A stretch of 64,000 bases of DNA from Hormiphora californensis (lineage: Eukaryota; Animalia; Ctenophora). The DNA lies in assembly GCA_020137815.1 (NCBI GenBank), contig CM035353.1, positions 1,736,001 to 1,800,000 on the forward strand, read 5' to 3'. The notes beneath the pieces are model-generated. The model saw only the letters and a program-made list of their open reading frames with translations. It made no database searches and was not told where the DNA came from. This document shows, piece by piece, positions 62,248 through 64,000 of the stretch (position 1 is its first letter; every line of letters begins with the position of its first letter). Position numbers and translations under genes: made by a program.

Positions 62248-63129
62248 CCCTTTGGAGACGATTGGGTCACAGGTGACCCAATACTTTGAACCCATTTAGC
62301 GTCTTTCTAGACCACGTTTGAAAGTTTTAAATTGTTTCCAGGGTTGAAACATACATTTTTCTACCTTTTTGAGGTCGTTTTGAGCCTCTGAAGTCGTCGA
62401 CTTCGGAAAACAGGGCTAAAACAGTGCATTTGGTAGGCAAAATGGGTAGTTTAATGGCCATATCTCAAAATTGGTATGAGTATGCTTAAAATGGACTTGG
62501 AAAATGCAAGATAAGTGTATATTTTACTCCGGGGTAAAGTTTCAGGGTGATATTGCAAATTTTGTGCCTCTCAGAGGCCTTCAAAGTGCTGGGTCACCTG
62601 TGACCCAATCGTCCCCTAACGCTAAAACAGAAATTTGCATTTTACGAGCATTTCTAAAGGAATGGCCGCCGGTAAAAGTCCAAAACGGCATTTTTTAAAC
62701 AGGTGCTAGCGACTAACCGACTCCATCATTGTTATCTCAACATCCAAGGGAGTCGATAAAATTTTTTTTGAGATCCGTGCTCCTTCAGAAAATTTTTCAT
62801 CTCGGCCAATTTTGAAATTCTAAAATCGGCTACAGATGAGATAGAGAGGTCCATAGGGTGTGCAAAATGTGCAGAACGGCCGGGTTTATATAAGTGTTAT
62901 GAAGAAACATAGGGCCTAAAATGAACGGTTTTCGAGTTATGGGGCAAAATAGCTGCGAAATCTCAATTCCTGTTTTAGCGTTAGGGGACGATTGGGTCAC
63001 AGGTGACCCAATAGAAATACAGGTGGTAGAACCAAAATTCCTTTTCCTGCGTTCAAGTAGGTTCAAAGTAAGTGTCTCCAGAAAGTTTTAGAGAATTCTG
63101 TCGACAGGGGGCTTATCGTCCCCAAAGGG
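62248..63129. mobile_element. Non-autonomous piggyBac-type element
   Basis: TTAA|CCCTTTGGAGACGAT ... ATCGTCCCCAAAGGG|TTAA; internal GACGATTGGGTCACAGGTGACCCA repeats. Confidence 0.88.
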
Positions 63130-63386
63130 TTAACGGATAAGTAATTACTATAAACTACTTACCGCCCTTTGAATGATAGGTATGATACGTCTCCTTCTCT
63201 TCACAGCTACATTGTGGGGAACTGCAGCTGTTCTTACAGGTTAGTCACTGACTTATTATGGATACAAATATTTACTAATTCTTTTGGGGAGAATCGATAT
63301 TCTCCCCCCCCCCCCAATTCAAACGTACTAGCTGTGCCGATCCTATACCCAGTGGGATAATATATATACTATATATTATGTTTCAG

Positions 63387-63812
63387 ACTGGACAGCAGTA
63401 GAGCGGAATGACAATATACTCTGGGACCTGAAGGTAACTCCTCTCCAGATAAAGACAGACTCTGCACTTGGTAGTGATGAATGGATCTGGGTGCTCATGT
63501 ACGACAAGGACGGAGGCTTTATCGGTGCTGTGTTTGTGGAGTTCTCCTCCACAATGCGGTATTCTATCTTCTTCTGCTCCAGCGACTACACAGATCTGCC
63601 AGTACAACCCCCGGTGGAGGTGGAGAAAATTTGGACGTTAACCAAAACAGAGACCGCCATCATCATCACATGTAACAATGTGGAGGTACTGAACTACCTG
63701 TTCGCAGATAGTCCAGAGAGCAACTGTGTTCCAATGTTGGGTGGTGATGCTGCGCATGTGGAGGAGATCAAGTTCAACAATTATGACACAGCATCTGACC
63801 TCTACAGAGCAG
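63387..63812 (+). CDS. 426-bp phase-symmetric exon encoding a lineage-specific extracellular beta-rich domain
   Basis: TTTCAG acceptor and GTAAG donor; open frame WTAVER..WDL..TPLQIKTDSALGS..DLPVQPPVEVEKIWTLTKTETAIIITCNNVEVLNYLFADS..C..TASDLYR. Confidence 0.75.
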
Positions 63813-64000
63813 GTAAGGGACTCAACTTAACGAATGTCGTATAGTGTAACTGCAACATGGGCCATGGGTTGGATATTTAGATCAAATGAGTTCATGGTGT
63901 TTGGTTTGTTGGGTAAAGAACCCTACATAGATTGGTTACCCCAGGCATGATTGATCCATATAAGTGAGCTACAATGTGTAATTCTCCAATCCCCGCTACA

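Overview
Eukaryotic (animal) genomic DNA, probably a ctenophore such as Pleurobrachia or Hormiphora. That is inferred from recall of the abundant CAGTCGGACCCCGATTTA-ended MITE and the 'DLPVQPPVEVEKIWT...CNNVEVLNYLFADS' domain exon; no database search was run. About 4-58 kb is a dense mosaic of short transposon fragments: several LINE clades, Gypsy, Helitron, Kolobok, ISL2EU/Harbinger, Tc1/mariner, Academ-like, Penelope and a Polinton PolB motif. Almost all lie on the minus strand. They are mixed with local segmental duplications, long fold-back elements, MITEs and short hairpins, which resembles a uni-strand piRNA cluster. The most unusual signal is a cassette repeated at least six times between 7 and 17 kb. 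Each copy has a constant AT-rich leader with a small hairpin, followed by a variable ~30-36 nt segment that starts with T and is antisense to the DxxKAFD motif of a different LINE reverse transcriptase. Other isolated 20-45 nt antisense snippets also hit catalytic motifs of transposon proteins. Also present are a Penelope element with inverted pseudo-LTRs carrying hammerhead ribozymes, a PRDM7/9-like zinc-knuckle/PR-SET remnant and an ORF with tandem F-box-like repeats. Near the right end are an intronless class A GPCR and one exon of a lineage-specific extracellular domain.
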